Of a stretch of DNA of 64,000 bases, positions 27,063-37,837 are shown in pieces (the stretch's first letter is position 1; every line of letters begins with the position of its first letter). The DNA comes from Terrimicrobiaceae bacterium. Its GTDB lineage: Bacteria; Verrucomicrobiota; Verrucomicrobiia; Chthoniobacterales; Terrimicrobiaceae. Made by a program: the position numbers and the translations under genes. The DNA is taken from the NCBI GenBank assembly GCA_045403045.1, contig JAXIPG010000028.1, positions 8,086-72,085 on the forward strand. Reading direction: 5' to 3'. Below the pieces are notes generated by a model. The model worked only from the letters and a program-made list of their open reading frames with translations. It ran no database searches and was not told the DNA's origin.

Positions 27063-28298
27063 TCAGCGTGCCGCGCGTTCCAGAATTTCTGACAGTGCGG
27101 TAGTTACCTTCTCCAACGAGAAACAGCGTTCAGCGCATTGCCGCGAGATCGTGGGATCCCCCCACTGACCATGAGTCTTTCGAGAGCTCAACTGGCTCAA
27201 CCCTTCAGCCAATGTTTCCGGCCGATCGTCCCTCAAGTGGATATCCCGCGTACACAGATAATCCGCATTTCCGTTCGTGTGCCCCACGATCACCGGAAGT
27301 CCGCACGCTTGCGCCTCTGCGACAGACGATCCAAAATTCTCTTCATCGCTGGGCTGGATAAGAACATCGTGCCGATGCAGAAGGGCAGGCACTGTCTCCC
27401 TGGGGATTCCTTTCTCCCAGCGAATGCGGTCCGGGAAGGCAAACGCATTGATTAACCTGTCGTATCCCGGGATGAATCCAATGCCTCCGATAATCGTGAG
27501 CCGCACATCGACGCCTTGGCGAATCGCCAATGCGGCACCACTAAGAAAAAGATCCAATCTCTTGCGCGGTATGATTCTGCCGAGCCAGCAAACCCGCAAA
27601 GATGCGTCGGCTCCGTTTCCGCTGGCGCCTTTTGCATCACGGGGTAGCGTGAAAAGCTCGAGATCGATCGGATACGGCAGCGTGTCGATGCGGTCATGCG
27701 CAATGCCGTAAAGCTTGCTCAGCGTCCGCTTCGATTCCTGGCTCCCCACAATGAACTGATCGGTCAACTGCAGGGGCGGCAAGCCGATGCGCGACAGCCT
27801 AAGTTTCGCAAGAATCAGCCACTTGATGGCATTTGCCGGCCCCGCAAGCGTCTTGATTTCCCCAAAACGCTGAACGATCGAGCGAGCGTCCGTCCCTGGC
27901 GCCCCCTGAAGAAAACTGACCACAGGAACCCTAGCGGTTCGGCCACGAGCAAACTCTCCGAGCCAGAGACTAAGATTGTATTTCTCGGCGGAATGAACCC
28001 GTGCCATCTCGCTTACCAGCATGCGGTTGTAGGTCCACGCGTCGAAGAGGCCCGCCGGGAACCCGACTAAGGGAATCTTCTCCACACGCCTTCTGAACTG
28101 ATCAGGTCCAAAGTTGGTCACATCGAAAAAGCGAAATCCCGGACGCTTTCCGATTGCGGGTCTTGGATCGACAAATGAGGCCTTGGAATAGAAATGAATT
28201 TCGTGGCCGCGCAACAACAACTCGCCTAACAGCAACGCATTGGCCGAGGCGACACTCCCGGCATGTTCGGATACAAAGCCGGAAACCGCGAGCTTCAT
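27063..28298 (-). CDS. Glycosyltransferase family 4
   Basis: 'ENFGSSVAEAQACGLPVIVGHTNGNADYL'. Confidence 0.75.
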   Translation of the reverse strand: MKLAVSGFVSEHAGSVASANALLLGELLLRGHEIHFYSKASFVDPRPAIGKRPGFRFFDVTNFGPDQFRRRVEKIPLVGFPAGLFDAWTYNRMLVSEMARVHSAEKYNLSLWLGEFARGRTARVPVVSFLQGAPGTDARSIVQRFGEIKTLAGPANAIKWLILAKLRLSRIGLPPLQLTDQFIVGSQESKRTLSKLYGIAHDRIDTLPYPIDLELFTLPRDAKGASGNGADASLRVCWLGRIIPRKRLDLFLSGAALAIRQGVDVRLTIIGGIGFIPGYDRLINAFAFPDRIRWEKGIPRETVPALLHRHDVLIQPSDEENFGSSVAEAQACGLPVIVGHTNGNADYLCTRDIHLRDDRPETLAEGLSQLSSRKTHGQWGDPTISRQCAERCFSLEKVTTALSEILERAAR

Positions 28299-28649
28299 GA
28301 GGATCTCCGAATCTGCGCAAGCGCCCTCGTGGACCGGACTCTGAGAGCGAATGGCGTTCGCGCCGTCACACTTTCGCCATCCTTATTGCCACCCTGTTTT
28401 CCATCTGTTTGTCTATGTTGTCTCTCATCCGTTGAATTTACCGGATGAAACCCAAGATCGCCGCCATCCCATCTCATTGCAGCGAGAATTCCCCTCATTC
28501 CCTCCTGCAAACCCTGGCAACGCGCTGGCGAAAATCGAGCTTTCGGAGCACGAGATCAGGACCGAAAAAGGGACGAATTGCGCCCGAGGCGAAGCTCAAA
28601 AATCGGGCGCCCGCCCGCCGGAGCGGCCCCACGCTCGGCACGTTGGCTA

Positions 28650-29603
28650 TCACTTTCCAAATATCCTGAGCCTTATAGTGCGGGCAACTTCCCTGAGCAT
28701 TGACGGCTCGAAGAGGGCCCAGCGCGCGAACTTCGCTGCATTTTTTATCCATCTTGTTCCCCGCGAGCGATCTCCCGCCATAACGGCGGACAGGCCATGC
28801 AGAAATAGGCTCTTTCCGAAATCGACCCGAAGCCTCTTTGCCAGCTCGCTTCCGCGCGGATGCGCCCGGAAGAGATCATCGGCATCATTCGCAAACACGA
28901 TCATCTCCTCTTGAAGGCGACCTGATCTTGAGAACAGGGAAGTCACGCCCTCCTCGTTCCGCCGGTAACGCATCACCACCTTTGGGATCGCCCGACAGCG
29001 ACGCGCCACCATGGGAAGCCGCAGGAAATACCACCGATCGCAGAGCATCCCGAATCGCGGATCAGGAGATCCGGCGCGTTGCGCGACTTCGCGGGTGAAC
29101 GCCGTAGCGGATGGCAGCGTATGATTATTGTCCACCAGCCAGGAACAGGCGTCATTGCCGTTCATTTCCTTTGGAATCGTCACCGGCGCCGAACGCTGCC
29201 GGATTTTCAAGCCGGTATCATAAAAGTCCCAGTTTGCCCACACCAAATCCAGATCGTCCTGCTCCCGAAATGCATTGGCAAAGGTCTGAAGGGCACCCGG
29301 TTCCCACGCATCGTCCGCATGGAGCGTGGCGATGATCGGCGCCGAGGTGTTCGCGATGGCAAAGGCCCAGTTGTTTGCCTGCTTGAGATTCTCGCGATGG
29401 AGAACGTAGCGAATCCTGGAGTCTTCGAGGTAGGGCTTGACCAGGTTTCCTGTTTCATCGGTCGAAGCATCGTCCGAAACGAGTAACTCCCAATCCTGGA
29501 AGCTTTGAGCAAGAACGCTTTCCAAGGCTGTCGTGATGTAGCTGGCGCTGTTATGAGCCAGCAGGCAAACGCTGATAAATGGTCTAGCCAATGTAAATGA
29601 CAA
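28650..29603 (-). CDS. Glycosyltransferase family 2
   Basis: 'ISVCLLAHNSASYITTALESVLAQSFQDWELLVSDDASTDETG' and 'LHADD'. Confidence 0.8.
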   Translation of the reverse strand: MSFTLARPFISVCLLAHNSASYITTALESVLAQSFQDWELLVSDDASTDETGNLVKPYLEDSRIRYVLHRENLKQANNWAFAIANTSAPIIATLHADDAWEPGALQTFANAFREQDDLDLVWANWDFYDTGLKIRQRSAPVTIPKEMNGNDACSWLVDNNHTLPSATAFTREVAQRAGSPDPRFGMLCDRWYFLRLPMVARRCRAIPKVVMRYRRNEEGVTSLFSRSGRLQEEMIVFANDADDLFRAHPRGSELAKRLRVDFGKSLFLHGLSAVMAGDRSRGTRWIKNAAKFARWALFEPSMLREVARTIRLRIFGK

Positions 29604-29679
29604 TCTGTTCGCTCAAAAACGCTCCGGCGATGTCAAGGACGAATGTGTCGGATGCTGGGAGCATTGCTCGCGGTTCGTC

Positions 29680-30540
29680 TTACGTCCGGGGCGGTGAGAT
29701 TTTCTGCCAGATGCTGGACAAGAGACTTGCGACTTTCTCGATCCAAGCGACGCGAGGTTGATCGGGCTTGATGCGTCCCGCTTTCATCTCGATCTCCCAG
29801 CGCTTTGCCCAGCAATGGAAATTGTACTGGGCAAAAAACAGCGACATGATGAGTCCAAAGGCGCCCTCGCGGTAGCTCTGCTTGTAAACATAGAGATTAA
29901 GGAATGTGCGAAGCATGCCCGGAAACGGAGATTTCGCCAGCTGCAAACCATCGACAACAGCCTGTTCTGCTTCCAAGGTCGTGTAACGGTTTTGAGTCGA
30001 CAAGTAATCGCTAACAGAATCCTTTGAGAAATGGAGCAGATGGCCGTCCAGGCTATCTGTCTTTCCTTCCGTCAGGAGCCCCTCATGCACGAGACGCGCA
30101 TCCCATTTCGCTGCGCCCCTACGAAGCATTCGCGTCTGCCACCCTTCTGCGTGGGTATATGGGGTATGAACGCCAAAGAAATGCTCCCGGCGACGGACGC
30201 GAAAAATCGCGACCTCCGTGGCAATGCCATTTTGGAGGCGTTGTCGAATCTCCTTGGCGAGTTCCGATGTAAATCGCTCGTCTGCGTCGATAAAGAAGGC
30301 CCACTCACATGCCGCCTGTTCCAGCCCAAAATTGCGCTGCTCAGCGAACCCTCCCGGCTTCGATGGCCCCAAGCGGTCGCTCAGAAACACTTTGTCGGTG
30401 AACTCGCGGGCCACGGCCACAGTGTCGTCGGTGCTGTGACCGTCCACAACGACCACCTCATCGCACCAGGCGGCGCTGGCCAAACACTCCCGCAAGCGGG
30501 TCTGCTCATTATAGGTCAAAATTATTGCGGAAATCGTCAT
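29680..30540 (-). CDS. Glycosyltransferase family 2 (WaaE/KdtX-like)
   Basis: 'ISAIILTYNEQTRLRECLASAAWCDEVVVVDGHSTDDT' and 'FFIDADE'. Confidence 0.75.
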   Translation of the reverse strand: MTISAIILTYNEQTRLRECLASAAWCDEVVVVDGHSTDDTVAVAREFTDKVFLSDRLGPSKPGGFAEQRNFGLEQAACEWAFFIDADERFTSELAKEIRQRLQNGIATEVAIFRVRRREHFFGVHTPYTHAEGWQTRMLRRGAAKWDARLVHEGLLTEGKTDSLDGHLLHFSKDSVSDYLSTQNRYTTLEAEQAVVDGLQLAKSPFPGMLRTFLNLYVYKQSYREGAFGLIMSLFFAQYNFHCWAKRWEIEMKAGRIKPDQPRVAWIEKVASLLSSIWQKISPPRT

Positions 30541-30619
30541 TTAAGCTATGGGTGAATGCTATCATTAGTCGAGTGAATCACACTCTTTTTCCGAGCGCGA
30601 AGTGAAATTGAAGACATCG

Positions 30620-31822
30620 CTAGTTGAGATCGTCGCCAAGCGCCTGAAGGTGGATTTTTACGACATTCTCTGCAGAGAAGTCACGATTTTGCCGTGCGCG
30701 TCCCTCTCGACCCAGGCGCTCTCGAAGCTCGGGTTGCTGAAGCAGCAGCAATATCTGCTTGGCAAGCGAGGCCGGATCTTGTTCCGCCCAGAGCCCTGTC
30801 ACGCCGTCTTCGATCAACTCGCGGCAGGCAGGCGCCCGTCCACAGATGACAGGTTTACTGTACGCCCAAGCTTCGACGTAAGCGATGCCGAACGATTCGT
30901 GCGAGGAAGGAAGACAGAAGACATCGCAAGCCGCCAATGCGTCGGCCTTGCCTAACTCATCCGGCACTCCCAAGTCCCGTAACGAGGCGGGAGGCAAAGC
31001 CGCTCTAAGATTCTCGAATTCCGATCCGGCAGGCCCGGCCAGAAGGAGCACTGCCTGCGGGCACTTCTGCAAAGCGAGACGCCAAGCCTCAAGCAAGGCT
31101 GGATATCCCTTACCATCGTCCCTGCGGCCCAGGAAGAGAACTGAGGGCGTGTCTTCGCCGAGATGGTGAACGGTTCGAAACCGCTCGCGATTCCCGTCCA
31201 TCCGGCACATGGGCGGCAATCCGCAGCCTATCAGATTGCGCTCGGGTACACCAAGCGTCGCCAAATGCCGCATCTCATACTTGCTTTGACAGAAAACGCC
31301 ATCGGCTTGAGCGTAGAGGCGGAGGTCTATCGCGTCATCGCCCCACGCCTTTGGATGAACAGCAGGCCATACCGTGAAGCGGGCGCCGCAGGCTCGCGCC
31401 GCATTAAGGAGAGCGAAACCAAAGAAATCCCACCCCGTTCCGACGAAATGAATCCAATCCGCCGCTCCGTCAATTTTCCTCAGGGATTTCGCAGGAATCA
31501 CCATGGAGACCAAGCGCTCCAAAAGCGGGTGCAAAACCGGACGCGATGCCATCGAGCGGAACACTTTTTGCACTCTTGCCCAGGCCTGTTGGACCCTCAA
31601 CGTCACAACCGGCCACGCAAGGCTTTCTTCGGAGTTTCGAAAACTCGAATGCCGGGGATATATTGCCAGAAAAGTCCCCTGCATTCCGCAATATTCGGTA
31701 AGAGAGCGCGCCAAAAACCGTTGGTAGCTGCCCAGCCCGCCTATGTAGGTCGGAGCCGTATTAGACGCGATAATAGCTTTCTTGTTTGTCACAATTCGAG
31801 AGAATGAGGCGACGTCCCGCAT
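30620..31822 (-). CDS. Glycosyltransferase family 4
   Basis: 'ESFGIAYVEAWAYSKPVICGRAPACRELI'. Confidence 0.75.
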   Translation of the reverse strand: MRDVASFSRIVTNKKAIIASNTAPTYIGGLGSYQRFLARSLTEYCGMQGTFLAIYPRHSSFRNSEESLAWPVVTLRVQQAWARVQKVFRSMASRPVLHPLLERLVSMVIPAKSLRKIDGAADWIHFVGTGWDFFGFALLNAARACGARFTVWPAVHPKAWGDDAIDLRLYAQADGVFCQSKYEMRHLATLGVPERNLIGCGLPPMCRMDGNRERFRTVHHLGEDTPSVLFLGRRDDGKGYPALLEAWRLALQKCPQAVLLLAGPAGSEFENLRAALPPASLRDLGVPDELGKADALAACDVFCLPSSHESFGIAYVEAWAYSKPVICGRAPACRELIEDGVTGLWAEQDPASLAKQILLLLQQPELRERLGREGRARQNRDFSAENVVKIHLQALGDDLN

Positions 31823-31898
31823 TTGCCAGCAAGAGTTGGCTTCTAGAATTTTGGCTGCACATGGAAGCGCGGATCGGTCTTCCCTAAGATATTTCCGT

Positions 31899-33221
31899 TT
31901 AGCTTGTCCCGACGAGATTCAACGCCATCCTGTACGCTTGCGCCACCCTTTCGGCGGAGGACTCCCAAGAGAATTTGCTAGCTTGTCGAATGCTGAGCGC
32001 CACAAGCTCGTTACGGCGAGCGGGATTGGAAAGAAGGCCGACTATGGCTTCCGCGAGTGCCACTTCATCCTTCGGATCCACCAGGATGGCCGCATCATCG
32101 GCAACTTCCGGGAGGGAGCTGCTATTGGAGCAAATGACGGGCGCCCCACACTTCATCGCTTCCAGAACGGGCAGCCCGAAACCTTCAGAAATCGAAGGAA
32201 AAACAAAGGCTTCGCAGGCGCCGTAGAGACGGGCGAGATCTTCATCAGAGACAGCGCCCGTACGAATGACTCGCTTCGCAAATTCCGGCTCCTTGTGGAT
32301 CTCTTCTTGGATGACCTCGGTGCCCCAACCCGCTTTAGCCTCGCCGACCAATACCAGATTCCCCTCCCAAGAAGGAAGTCGGCGAAGAGCGATGTAGAAG
32401 CTGCGGACGAGCAGCGGGAGGTTCTTGCGGGGTTGAGGATTAGATACGGAAAGCAGAAATGGCTTTTCGCCCAACCCCAGCCGCGCGCGAAGGCCTGCAA
32501 TCTGCGCCCTATCGTTGACCGGACGGAAGCGGTCCCCCGCCGAAAGCGGGGCGACAACCACGCGCTCGGGCGGAAAGCCCGACAGGGAACAAAAATCATC
32601 CTTGGTGAACTGCGACACGGCCGTAACCACATCCCTCTTCGCCTCCAGGCTGGCAAGGACAGACTCGAGCGTTCCTACCACGGCTGGGCCATACTCGTCC
32701 CTGGTCTGGAGGGGGATAACATCATGAATTGTAATCACGCGCGGCACGGCTGGAGAGAGCCAATCGGGCGCTGCTCGGAATGTACAATGAAACACGTCGA
32801 TTTGATCTGGCCCCAGCCCCCAGTCCACGCGAGAGTGAGCGAATCGCCTCAGAACGGCGAGGGCAAGATTTCCTATCCGCTGAAGCGCTCCTGACCTCTT
32901 CGAGTTGCGGGAGCGATTCAATCGCTCCTGAAACCGATAGAGCGTCTCGGCAGCCAACCCACCGAGCCTGGAGCGCGTCCGATATCCTGCCAGCGACGGA
33001 GTCGGCAACTTCACAACCGTAGACGCCCACTTTCTTGCGGCGAGGCTCGTTATCATCGGGTTCCAGTCCCCCGCAAAGCCCCCAACGATCTTGAGGTCCA
33101 GATCGGGGTTTACCCGTAGACATTTGAACAACTCTTCGGTGACTCGCCCTACTCCCGTAACAACCGAAGGCTGGCCCGGCTCAGGAGCGGCAGACGAGAC
33201 ATCGAAAGCAACTCTTATCAT
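31899..33221 (-). CDS. Glycosyltransferase family 4
   Basis: 'EGFGLPVLEAMKCGAPVICSNSSSLPEVA'. Confidence 0.8.
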   Translation of the reverse strand: MIRVAFDVSSAAPEPGQPSVVTGVGRVTEELFKCLRVNPDLDLKIVGGFAGDWNPMITSLAARKWASTVVKLPTPSLAGYRTRSRLGGLAAETLYRFQERLNRSRNSKRSGALQRIGNLALAVLRRFAHSRVDWGLGPDQIDVFHCTFRAAPDWLSPAVPRVITIHDVIPLQTRDEYGPAVVGTLESVLASLEAKRDVVTAVSQFTKDDFCSLSGFPPERVVVAPLSAGDRFRPVNDRAQIAGLRARLGLGEKPFLLSVSNPQPRKNLPLLVRSFYIALRRLPSWEGNLVLVGEAKAGWGTEVIQEEIHKEPEFAKRVIRTGAVSDEDLARLYGACEAFVFPSISEGFGLPVLEAMKCGAPVICSNSSSLPEVADDAAILVDPKDEVALAEAIVGLLSNPARRNELVALSIRQASKFSWESSAERVAQAYRMALNLVGTS

Positions 33222-33310
33222 TTCGAAAATACGCTATTAAAAAAGCAGGTAAGCGAAAACTCGGCAGAGAGGCGTCCGAGAAGCCAGCCGGGCGGGCTCG
33301 ATTCTCTGAA

Positions 33311-35155
33311 TCACACAGAGGCGCTTGCCAGACGGAAAAACTCCGATTTGGACTCCATCAACTCGTCGTAGGTTCCCGCTTCGCTAATCTTGCCATTCAC
33401 GAGGACGCAAATGACATTACACCCGCGCACCGTGGTCAGTCTATGTGCAATCGAAATCATCGTTATCTCGCCCTGCAGCGACTCGACGGCGCGCATGAAC
33501 TTGGCCTCGGTTTCATTGTCCAAGGCGCTAGTGCCTTCATCCAAAATCAGCATTTCCGGATCAAAATACAGCGCCCTCGCCAGTCCCACCCTTTGGCGCT
33601 GGCCGCCACTGAGCATGACTCCCCGCTCGCCCACCTGGGTTTCAAGCCCCTGGGGCATCTTTTCGATTACTTCCTGAAGCTGCGCCGAAGCAATGGCCTT
33701 CTTCATGCGTTCGTGATCAACCTGATCGTCCGGCACACCAATGGCGATATTGCTTAACAGAGTGTCATCCATCAGAAAGATTTCTTGAGGGACATATCCG
33801 ATCCGTGTTTGCCATTTGGGCGAGACTGGTTTTCCGAGAGGTTTCCCGTCGACAAGAATCTCGCCACTTACCGGATCATAGAGCCCCAGCAAGAGATTGA
33901 TCAGGGTAGATTTCCCCGAACCTGTCTGGCCCACGAAGCCGATCGACTGGCCCTTTTCGATGCGGAGACTGATACCCTGGAGGGTAGGACGTTCAGCGCC
34001 AGCATAGCTAAAAGTGATGTTACGAAGTTCAATCGACTTGGAAAACAAGGGGCCCTTATCAGCCAGGGCACCCGGCGCACCAGCAGCGGCCCTCTTTGAA
34101 ATCCGAATCGGATACGAGGGTGATGAAAAGTCCAACTCTTCGCCGAGTTCGTCCAAAGAGAATCGATTGGTCGCCACCATATGGAGATTGTTGTAAAGTC
34201 CTTGAAGATTGGGCAGCAGACGGTACCCGGCCATGGCCATCACACCGAGCGTCGGTAGCACCGACTCAAGACGGCCCGCGCTCAAGGCGACCATTGCCCA
34301 AATGATGGTGCCTGCAAACGCAAACGGCTCAATCAGGTTGCGCGGAAGTCCTCCGATCCACGCGCTCATCACCGCCGCCGTCACCTGGCGACCCGAAATA
34401 GCATCAATCTTATTGATAAAGAACGGACCCGCGTCCCTCAATTTGAAATCCCTTATCCCGGAGATGAATTGCTGGACTAAGCGGCTGAGATTCTGGCTGG
34501 CCTCCTTGCCCACCTGGTTGATCGTCCTCACATACGTGCGCGTCAGGCTCATAAATAGCAGGTAAAAGCACCCGAGAAATGCTGCCGCAACGAGTGTGAC
34601 AACTGGCTCAATCACCAGCAGACCGGCAAGCATTACTAAGGTAGTGACAAGCTTCGCCGCAAGATCGAAAAGCGGGGCGAGTAGGAAGGCAGTGAAGACG
34701 AAGACATCGTGATTTACCTTTTTTGTGAGGACTGCAGAGTTGCGGGACACGAAGTACGCGTAGGGCTGACGGTAGTACTTAAGAAGGAGCTGCATCCGCA
34801 TGAAATGTCCGAGAGATCCGACATATCGTGAGACGATGACCTGGCTAGCCATTGCAGATCCGCTCGCAAGCAAAAGCGCGATGATCGCAAGAATCCCTGT
34901 CACATACACCAAATACTTTGGGTCGGTAATCTGAAACGTGGAAACCAGGAAATGGCCAAACTTCGAAGTTGCAAAGCCTTCAGGGTTGGCCGCTACCGAA
35001 AGGAATGGCAAGACAGAGGCGACCCCACCTAGTTGCAGGACTGCCTGAAAGATCATGCTTCCCACGACCACGAAGAGCTTGCCCCTCCCGAACGGAAGGG
35101 CAACGCTCAGGATTCTTTTCACGAACGCAACGATTCTGGACAGCATTGATATCAT
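33311..35155 (-). CDS. Fused TMD-NBD ABC exporter (MsbA/PglK-like)
   Basis: N-terminal 6-TM-like domain. Walker A 'GQTGSGKST', signature 'LSGGQRQR', Walker B 'MLILDEGTSALD'. Confidence 0.85.
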   Translation of the reverse strand: MISMLSRIVAFVKRILSVALPFGRGKLFVVVGSMIFQAVLQLGGVASVLPFLSVAANPEGFATSKFGHFLVSTFQITDPKYLVYVTGILAIIALLLASGSAMASQVIVSRYVGSLGHFMRMQLLLKYYRQPYAYFVSRNSAVLTKKVNHDVFVFTAFLLAPLFDLAAKLVTTLVMLAGLLVIEPVVTLVAAAFLGCFYLLFMSLTRTYVRTINQVGKEASQNLSRLVQQFISGIRDFKLRDAGPFFINKIDAISGRQVTAAVMSAWIGGLPRNLIEPFAFAGTIIWAMVALSAGRLESVLPTLGVMAMAGYRLLPNLQGLYNNLHMVATNRFSLDELGEELDFSSPSYPIRISKRAAAGAPGALADKGPLFSKSIELRNITFSYAGAERPTLQGISLRIEKGQSIGFVGQTGSGKSTLINLLLGLYDPVSGEILVDGKPLGKPVSPKWQTRIGYVPQEIFLMDDTLLSNIAIGVPDDQVDHERMKKAIASAQLQEVIEKMPQGLETQVGERGVMLSGGQRQRVGLARALYFDPEMLILDEGTSALDNETEAKFMRAVESLQGEITMISIAHRLTTVRGCNVICVLVNGKISEAGTYDELMESKSEFFRLASASV

Positions 35156-35470
35156 TAGCTCCTACCAGTTTGTGCGCTTGTCACCAATCCAAGCGATCTT
35201 GAGAGCAAGGCGCGAGGGAGAGGCTTTGCTCCTCGACGCAAAATGCGGTTCCAACCCCTCCGCCTCCGGCTGCGAGACTTAAACGAACGTCTCGTTGGCC
35301 AGGATTCATAATGTGCTCGAGACAATTTTTGGTCGGCAGAAAGCGAGTCAACGATGAACCCATTACGTTCACGGGGGCGCCCTGTGCAAACCCTCGCCCG
35401 GCCAAATTCCCAACGCTCGCGAACTTCTAGGGTTGGAGCCGGCCGGGAAGTGAAGGAGGGACAAAGCTCG

Positions 35471-36874
35471 TCAGATTGACTCCGGCTTTCCAATGCTGTA
35501 AACGTAAAAACCTAGGCTCCGCAGCTTAGCCATGTCAAGGACATTGCGTCCGTCAAAGACCCACGCCGGCTTGTGCATCGCTTTGTAGATCTTGTCAAAA
35601 TCGAGATCGCGAAACTCGTTCCATTCCGTGAGCACCAGCATCGCATGAGCCCCTTGGAGGGCTTGATTGGCATCCGAGCAAATCTCAACCCGGGGATCGT
35701 CATCCTTGATTTCAAGATCGGCGAAAATCTGAGAGCTTTCGACCTTCGGATCGTAGATCGCCAGGCGGGCTTGCTCGTCGAGCAACGCCTTGCAAATCGA
35801 GATCGCTGGAGACTCGCGCGTATCGTTGGTATCCTTCTTGAAGGCAAATCCCAGGACCGCAAGGCGCTTCCCGGACACCGTGTTGAAAAGAGTCTTGATA
35901 ACGCGTGCGACGTACCGGCTCTTCTGCCAGTCATTGAGTCGCACCACATGCTCCCAATAATCCGCGACCTCCGGAATCCCAAAAGCTCCGCAAAGATACA
36001 CAAGATTAAGGACGTCCTTTTGGAAGCAGGAACCGCCAAATCCCACCGAGGCCTTAAGGAACTTTGGTCCAATGCGGGAGTCGGTCCCGATAGCGCGGCC
36101 TACCTCTTCAACGTCGGCGCCCGTCGTTTCGCAAAGCGCGGAAATCGCGTTGATCGACGAGATTCGCTGGGCAAGAAACGCGTTCGCGACGAGCTTGGCA
36201 AGTTCGGAGGACCAAAGATTCGTCGTCAAAATACGTTCACGCGGCACCCAGCGGGCATACACCGACACAAGCTTCTCGATTGCCGCGAGGCCTTCCGGTG
36301 TCTGTTCACCGCCAATCAGAATGCGATCCGGACTCTTCAGATCCTCCACCGCCGTGCCCTCCGCGAGAAACTCAGGATTCGAGAGAACCTGGTGATTCAG
36401 CTTCCTTCCACTCGCGCTGAGGATCGTCAGGATCGTTTCAGCGGTTTTCACCGGGATTGTGCTCTTCTCGACGATGATTTTCGGCTCGTCGACCACCGTA
36501 GCGATCATGCGGGCGACGGCCTCGATATAGCGGAGGTCCGCGGCGCGACCGGCGCCAAGCCCAAAAGTCTTGGTCGGTGTGTTGACACTCACGAAAATGA
36601 TGTCCGCACTGCGAACGGCGTCCTCCACGCCGGTCGAGAAAAACAAATTCCTTCCTCTGGCGGATTTCACGACTTCGTCGAGACCCGGCTCATAAACCGG
36701 AAGGTTATCGGAGTTCCAAGCGTTGATTCGAGCCTGGTTGAGATCGACCACTTCCACACGAATGTCGGGGCACTTCGCGGCGATCATCGCCATGGTTGGG
36801 CCACCGACATAGCCGGCGCCGATACAGCAAATCTTCAATACAGGTTCCTGGGTTTCTGACGTTTCTTGCGACAT
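35471..36874 (-). CDS. ugd: UDP-glucose 6-dehydrogenase (long, animal-type form)
   Basis: '[52 protein letters not shown]', '[10 protein letters not shown]' (catalytic Cys), '[15 protein letters not shown]'. Confidence 0.9.
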   Translation of the reverse strand: MSQETSETQEPVLKICCIGAGYVGGPTMAMIAAKCPDIRVEVVDLNQARINAWNSDNLPVYEPGLDEVVKSARGRNLFFSTGVEDAVRSADIIFVSVNTPTKTFGLGAGRAADLRYIEAVARMIATVVDEPKIIVEKSTIPVKTAETILTILSASGRKLNHQVLSNPEFLAEGTAVEDLKSPDRILIGGEQTPEGLAAIEKLVSVYARWVPRERILTTNLWSSELAKLVANAFLAQRISSINAISALCETTGADVEEVGRAIGTDSRIGPKFLKASVGFGGSCFQKDVLNLVYLCGAFGIPEVADYWEHVVRLNDWQKSRYVARVIKTLFNTVSGKRLAVLGFAFKKDTNDTRESPAISICKALLDEQARLAIYDPKVESSQIFADLEIKDDDPRVEICSDANQALQGAHAMLVLTEWNEFRDLDFDKIYKAMHKPAWVFDGRNVLDMAKLRSLGFYVYSIGKPESI

Positions 36875-36910
36875 AGGACTAAAATTAGCTGGGGTGCGTG
36901 TTAAAAAGCG

Positions 36911-37837
36911 TCAGATAGCCTGACGAAAGTATTCGATCGTGCGGTTAAGACCTTCCTCGAGCGGAACCTTGGGCTCCCAGCCAAGGGCCTCCTTAGCAAG
37001 GGTAATGTCGGGACGGCGTTGCTTCGGATCATCGGCAGGAAGCGGAAGATTGGTGATTTTCGATTTTCCCCCCACCTTCTTGAGGACCAACTCCGCTAAC
37101 TCCAACATTGTAAACTCACCTGGGTTTCCAATGTTAACTGGACCCACCGTCTTTTCTTGATTCATCAGGCGTACGAAGCCCTCAATGAGATCGTCCACGT
37201 AGCAAAACGAACGCGTTTGTGAGCCGTCGCCGTAGACGGTCAAGTTTTCCCCTTTCAGCGCCTGCACGATGAAGTTGGACACCACGCGGCCGTCATCAGC
37301 CAGCATGCGAGGCCCGTAAGTGTTAAATATTCGCACCACGCGAATATCGACTCCATTTTGACGATGATAATCGAAGAACAACGTTTCTGCACATCGCTTA
37401 CCCTCATCGTAACACGAGCGCCGCCCGATTGGGTTCACGTTTCCCCAATAGGACTCACTTTGGGGATGGACCGCCGGATCGCCGTAGACTTCCGACGTGG
37501 ACGCTAAAAAGACTCTGGCTTTGACCCGCTTTGCCAGGCCTAAAGAGTTGATCGCGCCCATGACCGACGTCTTGGTCGTCTTGATGGGATTATACTGATA
37601 ATGCGGAGGAGAAGCTGGGCAGGCCAGGTTGTAAATCTGGTCGACTTCTACACGAAAGGGTTCAGTAACATCGTGCCGGATCAATTCAAATTTCGGATTC
37701 TGGAGGAGATGAGAAATGTTTTGTTTCCGACCCGTAAAGAAATTGTCGAGACACAAAATCTCATGGCCTTCGTTAAGTAGTCGATCACATAAATGCGAGC
37801 CAAGGAAGCCCGCTCCGCCGGTGATGAGAATACGCAT
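36911..37837 (-). CDS. uxs: UDP-glucuronate decarboxylase (UDP-xylose synthase), SDR family
   Basis: '[20 protein letters not shown]', '[12 protein letters not shown]', 'STSEVYGDP', 'YDEGKR'. Close to my recollection of UXS1-type enzymes. Confidence 0.85.
   Translation of the reverse strand: MRILITGGAGFLGSHLCDRLLNEGHEILCLDNFFTGRKQNISHLLQNPKFELIRHDVTEPFRVEVDQIYNLACPASPPHYQYNPIKTTKTSVMGAINSLGLAKRVKARVFLASTSEVYGDPAVHPQSESYWGNVNPIGRRSCYDEGKRCAETLFFDYHRQNGVDIRVVRIFNTYGPRMLADDGRVVSNFIVQALKGENLTVYGDGSQTRSFCYVDDLIEGFVRLMNQEKTVGPVNIGNPGEFTMLELAELVLKKVGGKSKITNLPLPADDPKQRRPDITLAKEALGWEPKVPLEEGLNRTIEYFRQAI

Noticed and set aside
28351-28914. 187-aa plus-strand ORF and other small ORFs in the 28299-28649 spacer
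   Set aside because: The ORF overlaps the 3' end of the GT2 gene in antisense. It has skewed composition and no start context or motif, so the spacer is treated as non-coding (see finding on spacers).
31782-32894. Long antisense ORFs opposite annotated genes: 31782..32894, 35573..36859, 41550..42575, 49590..50414, 52598..53488, 57828..58955
   Set aside because: Each lies opposite a gene with strong family motifs (GT4, Ugd, OM barrel, LarE-like, sigma factor, oxidoreductase). Composition is Arg/Pro-rich and none shows a recognisable domain.
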